Positions 1 through 9,708 of a stretch of DNA of 64,000 nucleotides are shown piece after piece. How positions within the stretch are numbered: the stretch's first letter is position 1; each line of letters starts with the position of its first letter. The stretch spans positions 768,001-832,000 of the forward strand of contig CBDDEL010000016.1 of assembly GCA_965226885.1 (NCBI GenBank), given 5' to 3'. This DNA comes from Opitutales bacterium. GTDB lineage: Bacteria; Verrucomicrobiota; Verrucomicrobiia; Opitutales; UBA2987. The position numbers and the translations under genes were made by a program. Below the pieces are notes generated by a model. The model searched no databases. It saw nothing but the letters and a program-made list of their open reading frames with translations, and was not told the DNA's origin.

Positions 1-1028
1 TTCGAGACGATCAATTCCCTGATCTCGGCAAGCGTGTAATCATAGTCCGAGGCGCTTTCCTCTTCCTGTAAAATATCCACGATTTCCCTTATCATGTCCT
101 GCATCCGGCGGGTGGAGTCGATGGCCAACTGCCACTCCTCGCGGTTGCTATCGACTGGTTCCGCGTTGCTGCCGCTGATAAAATCCTGCAAGCCGGACAA
201 GGGGTTTTTCAAACCGTGCACGAGGTGCGATGCCACCGCCCCGATGGCCGAGGTTTTGGCCATCATGGACAGCTCCGCATTGGCCGCCAGGAGGCGCTGA
301 CCGCGTTCCTCGACCTCTTCATAAGCTTTTCGAAGCCGGCCAAATGCCCATAAAAATACCGCCATGATCAAAAAGCTTCCCGTCGCCAAGGCAATCCCGG
401 CCTGCCACCCCAGGTTGGCGTCCAAAGCGGTGAATTGTGTGGCGATTTCCTGGCCGTCCAACAGGTACTGGGCAATACCGAGCAATTGGGAGGAATCTGC
501 GCGATGCAGGGGGGCAATCACCTCCAGCAAAGGATAACCCGCATGATCGGAACTTTTTTCCGAAGCGATGAAGTAATCCTCGATGCGGCCTGATGGATAA
601 TAACGGCTGATGGGTTTCATCCGCCCAATTTTCTGGAGGTCTTCCTTTGACAACTCACCGAGCAGGAAATCACCGGGCACTGCTTGCGAAAACTTTCCAT
701 CCGGTTCGAAGATTCTGACCGCGAGGACACCCTTAAGCTCAGAGGTGTTCAACACAACCTTGAGCAGATCGGTTTCCATTTCCAGGAGCGGATCGTTTAA
801 AAAATCATCCTCGGCCCGTGAAATTTCCATCAGCGCGACGGGGTAGAGCACTTCCGCATCCCTGGCCACGATCTGGTTGCGAACCTGTGAGCGCAGCTTC
901 AGGCTGACCGCCGCCACAATGAGGGCGAAAACGAGCAAAGTGGCCAGCGTCGCCGCAATCGGCACCGGGCCGACAGCCAAACGCCACCGGCGGGTATTAA
1001 TTTTCCCCCTGTTTCCTTTTTGCGCCAA
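1..1028 (-). CDS. Membrane-bound sensor histidine kinase (runs off the window start)
   Basis: Manual translation from TTG at 1028: LAQKGNRG...PIAATLATLLVFALIVAAV (TM1), periplasmic region, second TM, then H-box SAIGAVASHLVHGLKNPLSGL. Absent from the ORF track because it has no stop in the window. Confidence 0.85.
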   Translation of the reverse strand, partial: MAQKGNRGKINTRRWRLAVGPVPIAATLATLLVFALIVAAVSLKLRSQVRNQIVARDAEVLYPVALMEISRAEDDFLNDPLLEMETDLLKVVLNTSELKGVLAVRIFEPDGKFSQAVPGDFLLGELSKEDLQKIGRMKPISRYYPSGRIEDYFIASEKSSDHAGYPLLEVIAPLHRADSSQLLGIAQYLLDGQEIATQFTALDANLGWQAGIALATGSFLIMAVFLWAFGRLRKAYEEVEERGQRLLAANAELSMMAKTSAIGAVASHLVHGLKNPLSGLQDFISGSNAEPVDSNREEWQLAIDSTRRMQDMIREIVDILQEEESASDYDYTLAEIRELIVS

Positions 1029-1031
1029 TGT

Positions 1032-2267
1032 TTAAAAAGTCCTTTCGAAGCCTAAATTTATCACATTTTGCCTGAATTCGTCTTCAATCCGGTTGGACAG
1101 GCTTTCCTCATGCGACCATTGGATAAAGATATTCCATTTTTCCGAGATATTTTTATTAACCCTGACCAGAGCGGAAAGGTCGTTCCTTTGGTAGAGGCGG
1201 TTATCGGAAAAATCCACCGTTTTCACACCATAGTGGTTGAATGAGTAATTGAATTCTCCCACCAGGCTCCAGGATTTTTTTTCCAGGCGCACTTTCTGGC
1301 TGATCTTGTAGCGATCGTAATCGCTGTATCCCACTCCGTTGTCCCGATTTAGTTTGAGGGTAAATTTTGTCGTTGTCTGTAACCATTTTTCCCCCATCCA
1401 GTCCTGCTTCCAGATGACCGATGCTTCGTGCCACTGCCATTGCAGGTTGGTGTGCTCAATGGAAAATCCATTCTCGTCCCGCTGTGTGCGCTCATCGTAA
1501 ATTTTGCGTCCCGTCTTGAAACCAAGTTCCAGTTTTCCTCCAAAAGAAAACCCTTTTTGGTAGGACAGCCGGGCAAACGGATCGGTGTAATCGTCACCGG
1601 AATCCTGAAAATAATTACGCTGGGCACCTCCTTCCAGTTGCAGGTAGGAGTTGTCGGAAAGATTCCAGCGGGCAAAAGGGGCCATATCGAACTGCTTGAA
1701 TTTCAACGTCGTGGACTCGATTTCGAGGTCTGAGCGGGAAATGTCGAACACCTCGTCGGCATAGGTGAAGGTAAACTTGTAGCCGCCGGAAAGCGTATGC
1801 CCCGGATTCCAGGCCACTCGATTTTGCAGGATGACCAGGTTTTCCCTATCGACCCCTTCCGCATCCGGGTAATAATACTGCTCACCCAGGAAATACCAGT
1901 AACTGTCTTTGCGCCCCTCATTCGATATTTTCCATATAAACCCCTCCAGCGAAACGCTTATAAAGGGGCTGCTTTCCTCGGCAAAAGCGCCCTGTAAAAC
2001 ATTATCGTTATAGCCGCCTTGCACCAGTAGGGTGAATTCCTTACTCCAGGAAGAGGTATTTGTTTCTTCACCCGGTTCCGCTCCGGCGATCATGGCATCA
2101 AGCTGGGCATCGCTGAAATCGACCGGAGTAACCGCTGCCGCTGCCGCTGTAACATTGAGCGAGTTTTGAGCGTTTCCGCCGGAATCATTATTGATAAAAT
2201 TGGCCTGCCCCAAAGTTAAATCAGTCACCAAACTGAAAGCTAAAACGATGGGGCCGATTTTAAACAT
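1032..2267 (-). CDS. Putative outer-membrane beta-barrel protein
   Basis: 411 aa; N-terminal signal peptide, aromatic-rich amphipathic strands, C-terminal beta-signal ...LGFERTF. Confidence 0.7.
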   Translation of the reverse strand: MFKIGPIVLAFSLVTDLTLGQANFINNDSGGNAQNSLNVTAAAAAVTPVDFSDAQLDAMIAGAEPGEETNTSSWSKEFTLLVQGGYNDNVLQGAFAEESSPFISVSLEGFIWKISNEGRKDSYWYFLGEQYYYPDAEGVDRENLVILQNRVAWNPGHTLSGGYKFTFTYADEVFDISRSDLEIESTTLKFKQFDMAPFARWNLSDNSYLQLEGGAQRNYFQDSGDDYTDPFARLSYQKGFSFGGKLELGFKTGRKIYDERTQRDENGFSIEHTNLQWQWHEASVIWKQDWMGEKWLQTTTKFTLKLNRDNGVGYSDYDRYKISQKVRLEKKSWSLVGEFNYSFNHYGVKTVDFSDNRLYQRNDLSALVRVNKNISEKWNIFIQWSHEESLSNRIEDEFRQNVINLGFERTF

Positions 2268-2375
2268 GCAACGGCAACTGATTATTAAGCTGAAATAATT
2301 TCGGTCGTTTAATGACTATTTTAATACAGCTTCTTAGCCAATAAACAAAGGGGCGGCAGAGAAGGTTTCAAATGT

Positions 2376-2412
2376 AAAAAGAAAGCAGGCGGCTTCTTTG
2401 AAACCGCCTGCC
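2376..2412 (-). terminator. Rho-independent terminator
   Basis: Minus strand GCAGGCGGTTTC-aaa-GAAGCCGCCTGC followed by TTTCTTTTT, just downstream of the stop at 2462. Confidence 0.7.
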
Positions 2413-3043
2413 ATTACCGGCAAACCCCTTAGCCGGATTTATTTTTGGAATGAATTGTTACTCAACCGCCGTCTCCGTCTCCAGTGTCGGTCACGCGATC
2501 CCTGATTTGGTCGCGCAATTCCCGGCGAAGCTCTTTCTGTTCATGTAAACGCTGCCTTTGTTCTTCGCGGAAAGCCTGGATGGCTGCCTCACGTTCTTCG
2601 CCCGTTAAATCCTTGATTGATTCAAGAAATTCATGCCTATCCTGCCGCAAGGCCTGTCTTTCGGCCTGAAAATCATCCCGTCTGGACTGGAATTCCGGAG
2701 GCAATGGCCGGTGACGTGGCGGCAGCGGCCGATCCCCGCGAACATCCTTCAGTTCTTCCCTGATTTCAGTGGCCAAGTCACGTTGGCTGGCGATGCGGTC
2801 GGCATTCTCTTCGCGGAAAGCCTGCACTGTTTCGCGAATTTCCTCGCGGTCAGGATCCTCCAGGGCGGCAATCGACTCTCTCAGTTCTTCCCTTAAGGCA
2901 CCCTTTTCATCCCGGTAGGAATCGATTTTTTCCCTCAATTCATCGGTCAGTTCGGGTAAATCCGGCCGTTGCACCTGATGTGACCGCCGAAAACACTACC
3001 ATTGCCAGTGAGAGTCTTTCTGGAGAAATTACCGGAAAGACCT

Positions 3044-3310
3044 ATGAAGCAAAAAAGATACACCCCTGAACAAATCATAACGATACTGCGCGAAGTAGAC
3101 GCAGGCAAAGGCATTCAGGATGTCTGTCGGTCCCACAATATCAGTCCTCAAAGCTACCATCGTTGGCGTAAAAAGTATGGCCGCATGGAGCTGCGTGACG
3201 CCAAGCGGCTGAAGGAGCTGGAGCGCGAGAACACACAGCTTAAGAAGATTGTAGCCGAGCAGATGCTGGAGAACCGTGTGCTCAAGGAGGTGAACGCAAA
3301 AAAATGGTAG
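3044..3310 (+). CDS. IS3 transposase OrfA (HTH)
   Basis: MKQKRYTPEQIITILRE...YHRWRKKYG...LKELERENTQLKKIVAE, typical of OrfA. Confidence 0.9.
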   Translation: MKQKRYTPEQIITILREVDAGKGIQDVCRSHNISPQSYHRWRKKYGRMELRDAKRLKELERENTQLKKIVAEQMLENRVLKEVNAKKW

Positions 3311-4233
3311 GCCCGAAGCAGAAAAAGGAAGCGGTGAAGCATGTATTGGCCCAAGGGTCGTGCTCGCTGCGTCGGGCCTGTCAGTATTTTGGGTTGCACC
3401 GCTCAACCTACCTGTATGAACCCAAGAAAGCTACTGAGTATAGGCATAAACTGGTGGCACGCATCATTGCCTTTTCGAAGAAGCATCCGCGCTATGGCTA
3501 TCGTCGGATCCGCGCTTTGTTGACCCATGAAGGTTGGCCCGTGAGTCGCAAATTCGTCCAAAAAGTGCGTCGTTTCGAAGGACTGGGTGTGCGGCCGTCT
3601 GGCAAGCGCCGTCGCCGGCAGGGCCAATCCACGGCTACCCCGACCCGAGCAGTGCAGCCCAACCATGTGTGGAGTTGGGACTTCGTGGCGGATCGCACCG
3701 ACCGGGGCGGTCCGCTCAGGCTCTTGACACTGATCGATGAACATACCCGTCAATGCCTGGCCATTAAGGTTGCGCGCTCACTGAAAAGTGCCGATGTGGT
3801 AGAGGTATTGAACGATGCCATAAGAGAGAACGGCAAACCTCAGTGCATCCGCTCGGACAACGGATCGGAGTTTATAGCCCACCAAGTCAAAGAAGAACTG
3901 CAGCGACAGGAAATTGCCATCGCATACATTGATCCAGGAAGCCCTTGGCAGAATGGACATATAGAATCCTTTCATAATCGTTTGCGCGATGAATGCCTTA
4001 ATCAGGAACTGTTCCTGAGCGTGACCGAAGCGCGTGTGGTGGTCGAACAATGGCGACACAAATACAACGCGAAACACCCCCACAGCCGATTAGGCTTTCT
4101 CTCCCCAAATACATTTGCCAGACTCTGGCGAACAATCAACAAAGCAGCGGCTGGCTCCATTCGGCCTACGGCCTCATTGCGCCACCCGCTGCAAAACCTA
4201 CAATACCAAACCTACGGAAATACTCTCACTTAA
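3304..4233 (+). CDS. IS3 transposase OrfB (rve integrase core)
   Basis: Motifs WSWDF, RSDNGSEF, PWQNGHIESF (DDE). Confidence 0.92.
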   Translation: MVGPKQKKEAVKHVLAQGSCSLRRACQYFGLHRSTYLYEPKKATEYRHKLVARIIAFSKKHPRYGYRRIRALLTHEGWPVSRKFVQKVRRFEGLGVRPSGKRRRRQGQSTATPTRAVQPNHVWSWDFVADRTDRGGPLRLLTLIDEHTRQCLAIKVARSLKSADVVEVLNDAIRENGKPQCIRSDNGSEFIAHQVKEELQRQEIAIAYIDPGSPWQNGHIESFHNRLRDECLNQELFLSVTEARVVVEQWRHKYNAKHPHSRLGFLSPNTFARLWRTINKAAAGSIRPTASLRHPLQNLQYQTYGNTLT

Positions 4234-4600
4234 AGTGGTAGCAAAGATGGGGTCCGATCACACCTCTGGCGGCGCTCCATCTTGACTGTATGCCTTGTCG
4301 ATGTAGAAAAACAGGGCAGACAGTAATATAAAACTTAGATTTATGGTTTTTTTCATGGTATTTCCTTTTTTTAATGGTTTTCCGAAAATTTATTCATCGA
4401 ATATGCCCAACCTAAATGCATCTCTTGTGCCAATGTATATAGAAATTATAACATACTGGTATAAAGTATCATACAAAATATTGACTCATTCTGTAAAATC
4501 ACATTTTACCTCAATTGGGAAATAATGCCCAATGATTTCAGAATATCCGTGATTCAGATTGGGAAATATTTCCCAACGAAGTTTCTAGCATGGGGCCGGG

Positions 4601-6958
4601 TCAGAAGGAGTATTTCATCCCGAAGGTGGCCAGGCGTGGTGGGCCGGGGCGGGGGCCGTGGGGATGCCGTGAGGCGATGTAATGCTGGTCGAAAAGATTG
4701 CTCACTACTCCGAAGATTTCCAGACCGGAGCGGATTTCGTAATTAAAGCTTAGATCAACCGTCAGGTGGCTATCGGTCTTGCCGAATCGGATGTCCGGGC
4801 CGCCAGCGTTGGGGTTGATTTCATCGGTTGAATTGGCGGCTGTTGAAAATGTGCTGCCCACATAGGTAGCGTTCAGGTAGGCGCTGAATTTCTCGTATTC
4901 CAGCCCGGTTGAGAAATTAACCTGAAACTCCGGGATATAGGGCACCCGGTTACCGTCCTGGCCCCCTGCGAAAATGGATTCGACATCCTGGGAATTGGAG
5001 TCTCCATCAAGGGTGGCTCTGGTGTAGGTAAAGGCGATGGAATTGGGATTGCGGAAACCCCAGTCATTGGCCCCGGCGAGATCGAAGCCGACCAATAACT
5101 CAAGCCCCCGGGTTTTTGCCTGGCCGACGTTTTCCGTTTCACCCGCGCCCGCGCCGCCGATATTGTCGGCTACGATCAAGTCGTCAAGCGAGGTGTGAAA
5201 AAAGACTACTTCGCCATAGTGGCCGCGGTGCGTGTCGTAACGAAAGCCCACTTCCACGGCATCGCTTTTTTCCTCGGTCACTCCGTTCCTGATGTTGGCC
5301 CTGGGGCCGGGTGAACCTACTCCCCGGTGGTATCCGGTGAAAAAGAAGACATTGTCGCTGTATCGATAAGTGGTTGAGATGCCCGGGGCGACCAATTGCA
5401 AAACCCCGGTCCCGCTGTTGGTCGGGAGATTAGTCCCGTCGGTGGTAAAATCGGTGTAGGAGAAATCGAGGTTTTCGAACCTTATACCCGGTTGAAAGGA
5501 CCAGCGGCCGATATTGATTTTGTCTTCCAGATAAAAAGCGGTAGCCCTGGTGACCTGCCGCCGGTTGCCGTCCGAGCCGTTGGCGCTGCGGATAGGCGCG
5601 GCGAAATTGCCCTGCCCATCCTGCATATAAAGATCGTGCCATTGGAACCTGCGGATGCTGTCCTTGTGGTAGCGGAATCCGGCTTCCAGATCGTGCCTGG
5701 CATCACCGGTGGAGAAAAAGTAATTGAGGGCGGTTTGCACCCCCGCCATGTAGTAATCGCGGTTGTTGGCGCGCACGCGCAGGTCGCCCGCCCGTTCGCC
5801 CTTGAGCAGTTCCAGGGCCATGCCGTCGTTGCTGCCGGCTAGAGCGGCGGATACTGACGCTCTGATGGGACCGGCACCGGGAACTTCTTCCCGGTCCTCG
5901 GGAATGCCGTTTCCGTCCAGGTCGATATCCCGAATGTCGTGAAGTTTATACCAGTTGCGGTGAAATTTGCTGTAATAAACCGTCGTGGTGAGCTTTAATT
6001 CGGGGTTTAAATCGATAATATGGCGCAGGTGGATATTGGTATGGTTGGTGTCGATGCGGTCGTTGCGGGTGGCGGCATAACGGCGGTTAGGATTTTCTCC
6101 CAGGTCCTCGGTGGTCAGCCCCAGGTATGCTTCGTCGGCGTGCAGGTCCATGTAGCTTAGTCTAAATTCAAAGTAATTGTAGCGTTCCGTGTTGGGCTCC
6201 CAGCTGGCTTTGAAGGTGTAGTCGGTGCGCGTAAAACCGGTTTTATCCGAACCGGAATAATCGCCGGCCCCGTCGATGGTTTTAAATCCGTCGGTCTGCC
6301 GATGGTAAACTTCGCCCAGGAGGCCGATCTGGCCCACGCTGGAATCGTATTTTTGGCCGGCATGGCCGTGCAGGCGAAAGTCGTTGCCGGAGCCGTAGTT
6401 CAGCTTGAGCATTCCTCTCGCCCGATCTGGAATCGGGGTGGAAAGGTAATTAATGGCCCCTCCGGTGGTGTGCGGACCGTATTTTATTTGGCTGGATCCT
6501 TTCAATACTTCCACCCCGGACATGCGCCCGGCAGTAGGGGAGTAGTAGGCGGCCGGGGCCGAGTAGGTGGCCGGGGCCGTTAAAACCCCATCCTCCATTA
6601 CCGTCAACTTGTCGTTGCGCACGGTGTTGACGCCTCGCAGACTGATGTTGGGAAACAAGCCATAACCATCTTCTTCCCGCACGTAAACACCGGGAATTTT
6701 TCGCAAAATCTTGTTGATGTCGTCGAGTTGGAGATTTCCGATATCTTCTCTGTTGATGTAGGCGCCTGAGCCAGGCAGGGTGAATATCGCTTCTTTGGAG
6801 CCGATAATCTCAAATTCTGCCAATGAACGCACCTGGCCGATAGGCGCGCCACTATTTTCACCCAGCTCTTGTTCCTGTCCCCATAGGCTTGAGGCCGAAA
6901 ATCCGAAGATGCAGGTTAAACTTATTATTGAAATAAAAGAGCGCTGATAGCTTTTCAT
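4601..6958 (-). CDS. TonB-dependent receptor, FecA-like iron uptake
   Basis: 785 aa; signal peptide, plug motifs LRKIPGV, PNISLRG and VEVLKGSSQIKYGPHTTGGAIN, NLFD motif, C-terminal Phe. Confidence 0.92.
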   Translation of the reverse strand: MKSYQRSFISIISLTCIFGFSASSLWGQEQELGENSGAPIGQVRSLAEFEIIGSKEAIFTLPGSGAYINREDIGNLQLDDINKILRKIPGVYVREEDGYGLFPNISLRGVNTVRNDKLTVMEDGVLTAPATYSAPAAYYSPTAGRMSGVEVLKGSSQIKYGPHTTGGAINYLSTPIPDRARGMLKLNYGSGNDFRLHGHAGQKYDSSVGQIGLLGEVYHRQTDGFKTIDGAGDYSGSDKTGFTRTDYTFKASWEPNTERYNYFEFRLSYMDLHADEAYLGLTTEDLGENPNRRYAATRNDRIDTNHTNIHLRHIIDLNPELKLTTTVYYSKFHRNWYKLHDIRDIDLDGNGIPEDREEVPGAGPIRASVSAALAGSNDGMALELLKGERAGDLRVRANNRDYYMAGVQTALNYFFSTGDARHDLEAGFRYHKDSIRRFQWHDLYMQDGQGNFAAPIRSANGSDGNRRQVTRATAFYLEDKINIGRWSFQPGIRFENLDFSYTDFTTDGTNLPTNSGTGVLQLVAPGISTTYRYSDNVFFFTGYHRGVGSPGPRANIRNGVTEEKSDAVEVGFRYDTHRGHYGEVVFFHTSLDDLIVADNIGGAGAGETENVGQAKTRGLELLVGFDLAGANDWGFRNPNSIAFTYTRATLDGDSNSQDVESIFAGGQDGNRVPYIPEFQVNFSTGLEYEKFSAYLNATYVGSTFSTAANSTDEINPNAGGPDIRFGKTDSHLTVDLSFNYEIRSGLEIFGVVSNLFDQHYIASRHPHGPRPGPPRLATFGMKYSF

Positions 6959-7001
6959 TTTATCTATAAAATTTTAAGATGTGGACCCAAAAAAGTCCTT
7001 A

Positions 7002-7046
7002 TTGATATTAAGTCTCAAATACAATTTAATTGAGACCCGTTCTCAT
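7002..7046. promoter_or_regulatory. Two Fur-box-like imperfect palindromes upstream of the TonB receptor
   Basis: TTGATATTAAGTCTCAA (7002-7018) and TTGAGACCCGTTCTCAT (7030-7046) resemble TGA(T/G)AATnATT(A/C)TCA and lie 44-88 bp upstream of the start. Confidence 0.55.
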
Positions 7047-7202
7047 GAGTTGTCAAATCATTATCGCAAATTTTTCTTGAAGTTTATCATTTTTCGGCTG
7101 CGAGGTGTAAAAACTTATTGTCCCGGAGGGAGGCAAGCAGAGTTTCAAGGCAAGATTTCCGGTTGACTAGCGAAACGATAGATGCCTCCAATAGCCGTAT
7201 TG

Positions 7203-7277
7203 GCTCCCGTAGTTCAATGGATAGAATATGCGCCTCCGGAGCGTGGGATCTGGGTTCGAATCCCGGCGGGAGCACCA
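7203..7277 (+). tRNA. tRNA-Arg (anticodon CCG)
   Basis: Acceptor stem GCTCCCG/CGGGAGC, D arm with TGG, anticodon loop CT-CCG-GA, T loop GGTTCGAATCC, encoded CCA. Confidence 0.97.
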
Positions 7278-7298
7278 TTTCCGGTAATGGTACTGCGT

Positions 7299-7916
7299 TT
7301 ATGTCGTTAAACGGCCTTCCACATGGATGGTGATTTCGAGGGCGGGAAAGACTTTTAAAAAACCCATCACTTTGATTATCTTGAGGTTCCAGTTCTGGTA
7401 ATCGATCACCGTTTTGGCATCGATGAGGTATTTCCCGTTTTCTTTTTTCAAATCGAAGGGGAACCGGATGACTTTTTCGACGCCATGAAAGGAAAGGATG
7501 CCTTCGACCACCCATTGGCCATTTACACGGGTGATTTTGCTGCTGGAAAATGACCCCGTGGGAAAATCGTTATGGGACAGCAACTTCAGCATGGTTTTAT
7601 CTCGTTTTTTCTCGCCTGAATCCAGGTCGGCAAAGTTGAAAGTAAACCTCGCTCCCACGATCTCGCCAGATTCTTCCTCAATCTCTATGTTCAGGTCGTA
7701 GTGGGTAACCACGCTGGTGAAATCGTGCAGGGTACTTTCCCCGAACACGGTCACCTTTGTCTTTGCCGTATCAATGACCAGCGGCTGCGTTTCGGCCAAG
7801 GCAACCTGCGAAAGACAGGCGACTGTCCAAAAGATGAGCAATGCCATTAAAAATGGAATACGTTTAGACAGTTGTCTTGGCTGGCGCATCTCAAATATGA
7901 GCGATCTGACCCCCAA
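7299..7916 (-). CDS. YceI-like lipid/polyisoprenoid-binding protein
   Basis: Signal/TM segment; motifs STLHDF, DLDSGEKKRD, GILSFHGVEK. The true start may lie further downstream. Confidence 0.8.
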   Translation of the reverse strand: MGVRSLIFEMRQPRQLSKRIPFLMALLIFWTVACLSQVALAETQPLVIDTAKTKVTVFGESTLHDFTSVVTHYDLNIEIEEESGEIVGARFTFNFADLDSGEKKRDKTMLKLLSHNDFPTGSFSSSKITRVNGQWVVEGILSFHGVEKVIRFPFDLKKENGKYLIDAKTVIDYQNWNLKIIKVMGFLKVFPALEITIHVEGRLTT

Positions 7917-8058
7917 ATTATTTCTCTAAATCCACCGTAAGTTCAGCCTCCGATTATCTCCTCGACCGTTTTGAATTTTTGGTCGGCGAATGAGTAGTAT
8001 TTTTCGGTGAATTCCGATGTCCAGAGCCAGCCATACTCTGCTGAATACAGGTAAAAAC

Positions 8059-8092
8059 TTAACGCTTTGGGAGAATTAACGCTTTGGGAGAA
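8059..8092. repeat. Perfect 17-bp tandem duplication
   Basis: TTAACGCTTTGGGAGAA x2; frameshifting. Confidence 0.95.
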
Positions 8093-8353
8093 GAAAAATG
8101 GAAGGGTTCTTCCATAGCAATCTCTCCCTCGGTGACTTTCAACCATCCCAGGGCGGGATGGTAAACCCAGGGATATCGCCTGATGTTCACATACCCCGCT
8201 GCCCGTGTACCTACCCAGCCATCGCCCCAATTGGGATTGTAGGAATTCTCCATGACGCCGTTTCTGTAGAGAACCTGCGATTTTTCAAATCCAGTAACAC
8301 CATCAGAAAAATCCACTTCCCTTAGTACGATTGAAGGAAAATTCATTTCAAAT

Positions 8354-8393
8354 GTGGCCTCAAGCCTAGTAACGTGGCCTCAAGCCTAGTAAC
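8354..8393. repeat. Perfect 20-bp tandem duplication
   Basis: GTGGCCTCAAGCCTAGTAAC x2; frameshifting. Confidence 0.95.
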
Positions 8394-8671
8394 CACGTTC
8401 GCACAAACAACATGGCGTTCCTCCACATACTTCGTTACAATCACATCGCTTCCTTGTTGATAAACCGTCAGGATATGCAATGCATCACATGGGATGCCGT
8501 TAATTTGGGTAACGAGCACGGTTTCGCCTTTTAGACTTGAGCCGGCCAAAAGGGCGAGAATGGCTAAAATTAATCTTATTGTGACTTTTTTCAATTTCAT
8601 GATTATCGATGTTGGGTGTTTCTGATTGCTGCGGTTATTAAAAGCATGACAAAGAAATATTATTATGTAAA

Positions 8672-8701
8672 CAATAGAAGGTTAGCCAATAGAAGGTTAG
8701 C
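8672..8701. repeat. Perfect 15-bp tandem duplication (intergenic)
   Basis: CAATAGAAGGTTAGC x2. Confidence 0.95.
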
Positions 8702-8725
8702 CCTCAGTCATTTTGAACTAAAAAT

Positions 8726-9700
8726 ATGGGAGTCTCCCACAAAAATTTATCTCGCTGGTATATGCAGACAGGCCAAAACCTGGACGCCGGCATTTCCTTC
8801 GGCCAGGCCATGCAGAGCGCGGGCGGCGCTCCGGCCAAAGATGTAGCCGCAATGGCCCAGCAATTGCAAGCGGGCCTATCCATCGACGAAGTTTTTAAAA
8901 ACGCCCCTGGTTGGCTGCCGCAGGCCGACCGTTTGCTGATTTCTGCAGCAGGAACCAGCGGGCGCATACCCGATTCCCTGAAAAAATTGAGCGAGCGGCA
9001 CAAGTTGGCCGCTGAAAATATTTCGCGGGCTGTTTTTGCCACCCTTTATCCGCTTGGAGTGCTCCACCTTGGGGTCCTTATTTTTCCACTGCTGGACCTT
9101 GTGGAATTTACCGATAGCGGCAGCATGCAGTTTCATCCGGAAGCTTATTTGGGCAATGTCCTGGTATTTTTGCTGCCTCTTTGGGCTGTTATTGGAGCCA
9201 TTATTTTCCTGGCAAAGAAGCGCAGCCCGATCGTATTTTTCCTCATGCGTTCCCTGCCCGGTTTGCGTGGCTACAGCAAGGCCAAAGGCATTGCCGATTT
9301 TTCCTTTGCCCTGGAATCCTTTCTCAACGCCGGGGCGCCCATGGCCGAATCCTGGTTCGCCTCCGGGATGGTTTCGGGGGATCCTAATTTGCAAAATGCC
9401 TCCCTGCAAATCACCAATCAAATCAAGGCCGGGCAGCCTCCGGGAAATTTCATCACTCAATACAAAGTTTTTCCCGATGAATTTGTGACGCTTTACAAAA
9501 CCGGTGAAAAAACCGGCCAGCTCGACACCAACCTCCTCATGCTGACAAAGCAATTCCAGGAGAAAGCCGACCAAAGCCTCAGCGTGGCCAGCACTTGGTA
9601 CCCGAAATTGATATTTCTCATCATCGCCATCTACGCGGGCGTCAAAATGGTGGGCTTCTACAGCCAATACCTAGGCGGCATCCTCAAAATGATCGAATAA
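8726..9700 (+). CDS. Type II secretion / type IV pilus inner-membrane platform protein (GspF/PilC family)
   Basis: Two T2SSF-like domains (LISAAGTSGRIPDSL; LYKTGEKTGQLD) and YP-TM segments. Confidence 0.85.
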   Translation: MGVSHKNLSRWYMQTGQNLDAGISFGQAMQSAGGAPAKDVAAMAQQLQAGLSIDEVFKNAPGWLPQADRLLISAAGTSGRIPDSLKKLSERHKLAAENISRAVFATLYPLGVLHLGVLIFPLLDLVEFTDSGSMQFHPEAYLGNVLVFLLPLWAVIGAIIFLAKKRSPIVFFLMRSLPGLRGYSKAKGIADFSFALESFLNAGAPMAESWFASGMVSGDPNLQNASLQITNQIKAGQPPGNFITQYKVFPDEFVTLYKTGEKTGQLDTNLLMLTKQFQEKADQSLSVASTWYPKLIFLIIAIYAGVKMVGFYSQYLGGILKMIE

Positions 9701-9708
9701 GGTAATTA

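Larger units (their letters stand above)
2976..4260 (+). mobile_element. IS3-family element (IS407-like), 1285 bp
   Basis: TG...CA ends with imperfect IRs (TGATGTGACC / TGATCGGACC); 4-bp TSD CACC at 2972-2975 and 4261-4264; orfA/orfB overlap at an A-rich frameshift site near 3298-3310. Confidence 0.95.
2462..4356 (-). pseudogene. Exported highly charged helical/coiled-coil protein interrupted by an IS3
   Basis: Removing IS 2976-4260 and one CACC copy joins MKKTINLSFILLSALFFYIDKAYSQDGAPPE (4356-4264) in frame to VQRPDLPELTDELREK...; an RBS-like AAGGAA precedes the ATG at 4356. Confidence 0.85.
7943..8600 (-). pseudogene. Exported protein (~206 aa) with Trp/Tyr-rich C-terminus, broken by two tandem duplications
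   Basis: Deleting one 20-bp copy (8354-8393) and one 17-bp copy (8059-8092) fuses the three track ORFs into one 621-nt frame: ...VVTRLEATFEMNFP...YPWVYHPALGWL...SPKALSFYLYSAEYGWLWTSE. Confidence 0.85.

Noticed and set aside
2132..2149. (CCGCTG)x3 as another duplication event
   Set aside because: Low-complexity poly-Ala codons; ordinary slippage or chance, so not counted.
7203..7277. tRNA-Arg as an island integration site
   Set aside because: No integrase, and no duplicated tRNA 3' end seen in the window.
8876..9667. Long antisense or overlapping ORFs (e.g. 8876-9667, 12937-13719, 17165-17938, 62484-63287)
   Set aside because: Shadow frames of well-supported genes, with no motifs of their own.
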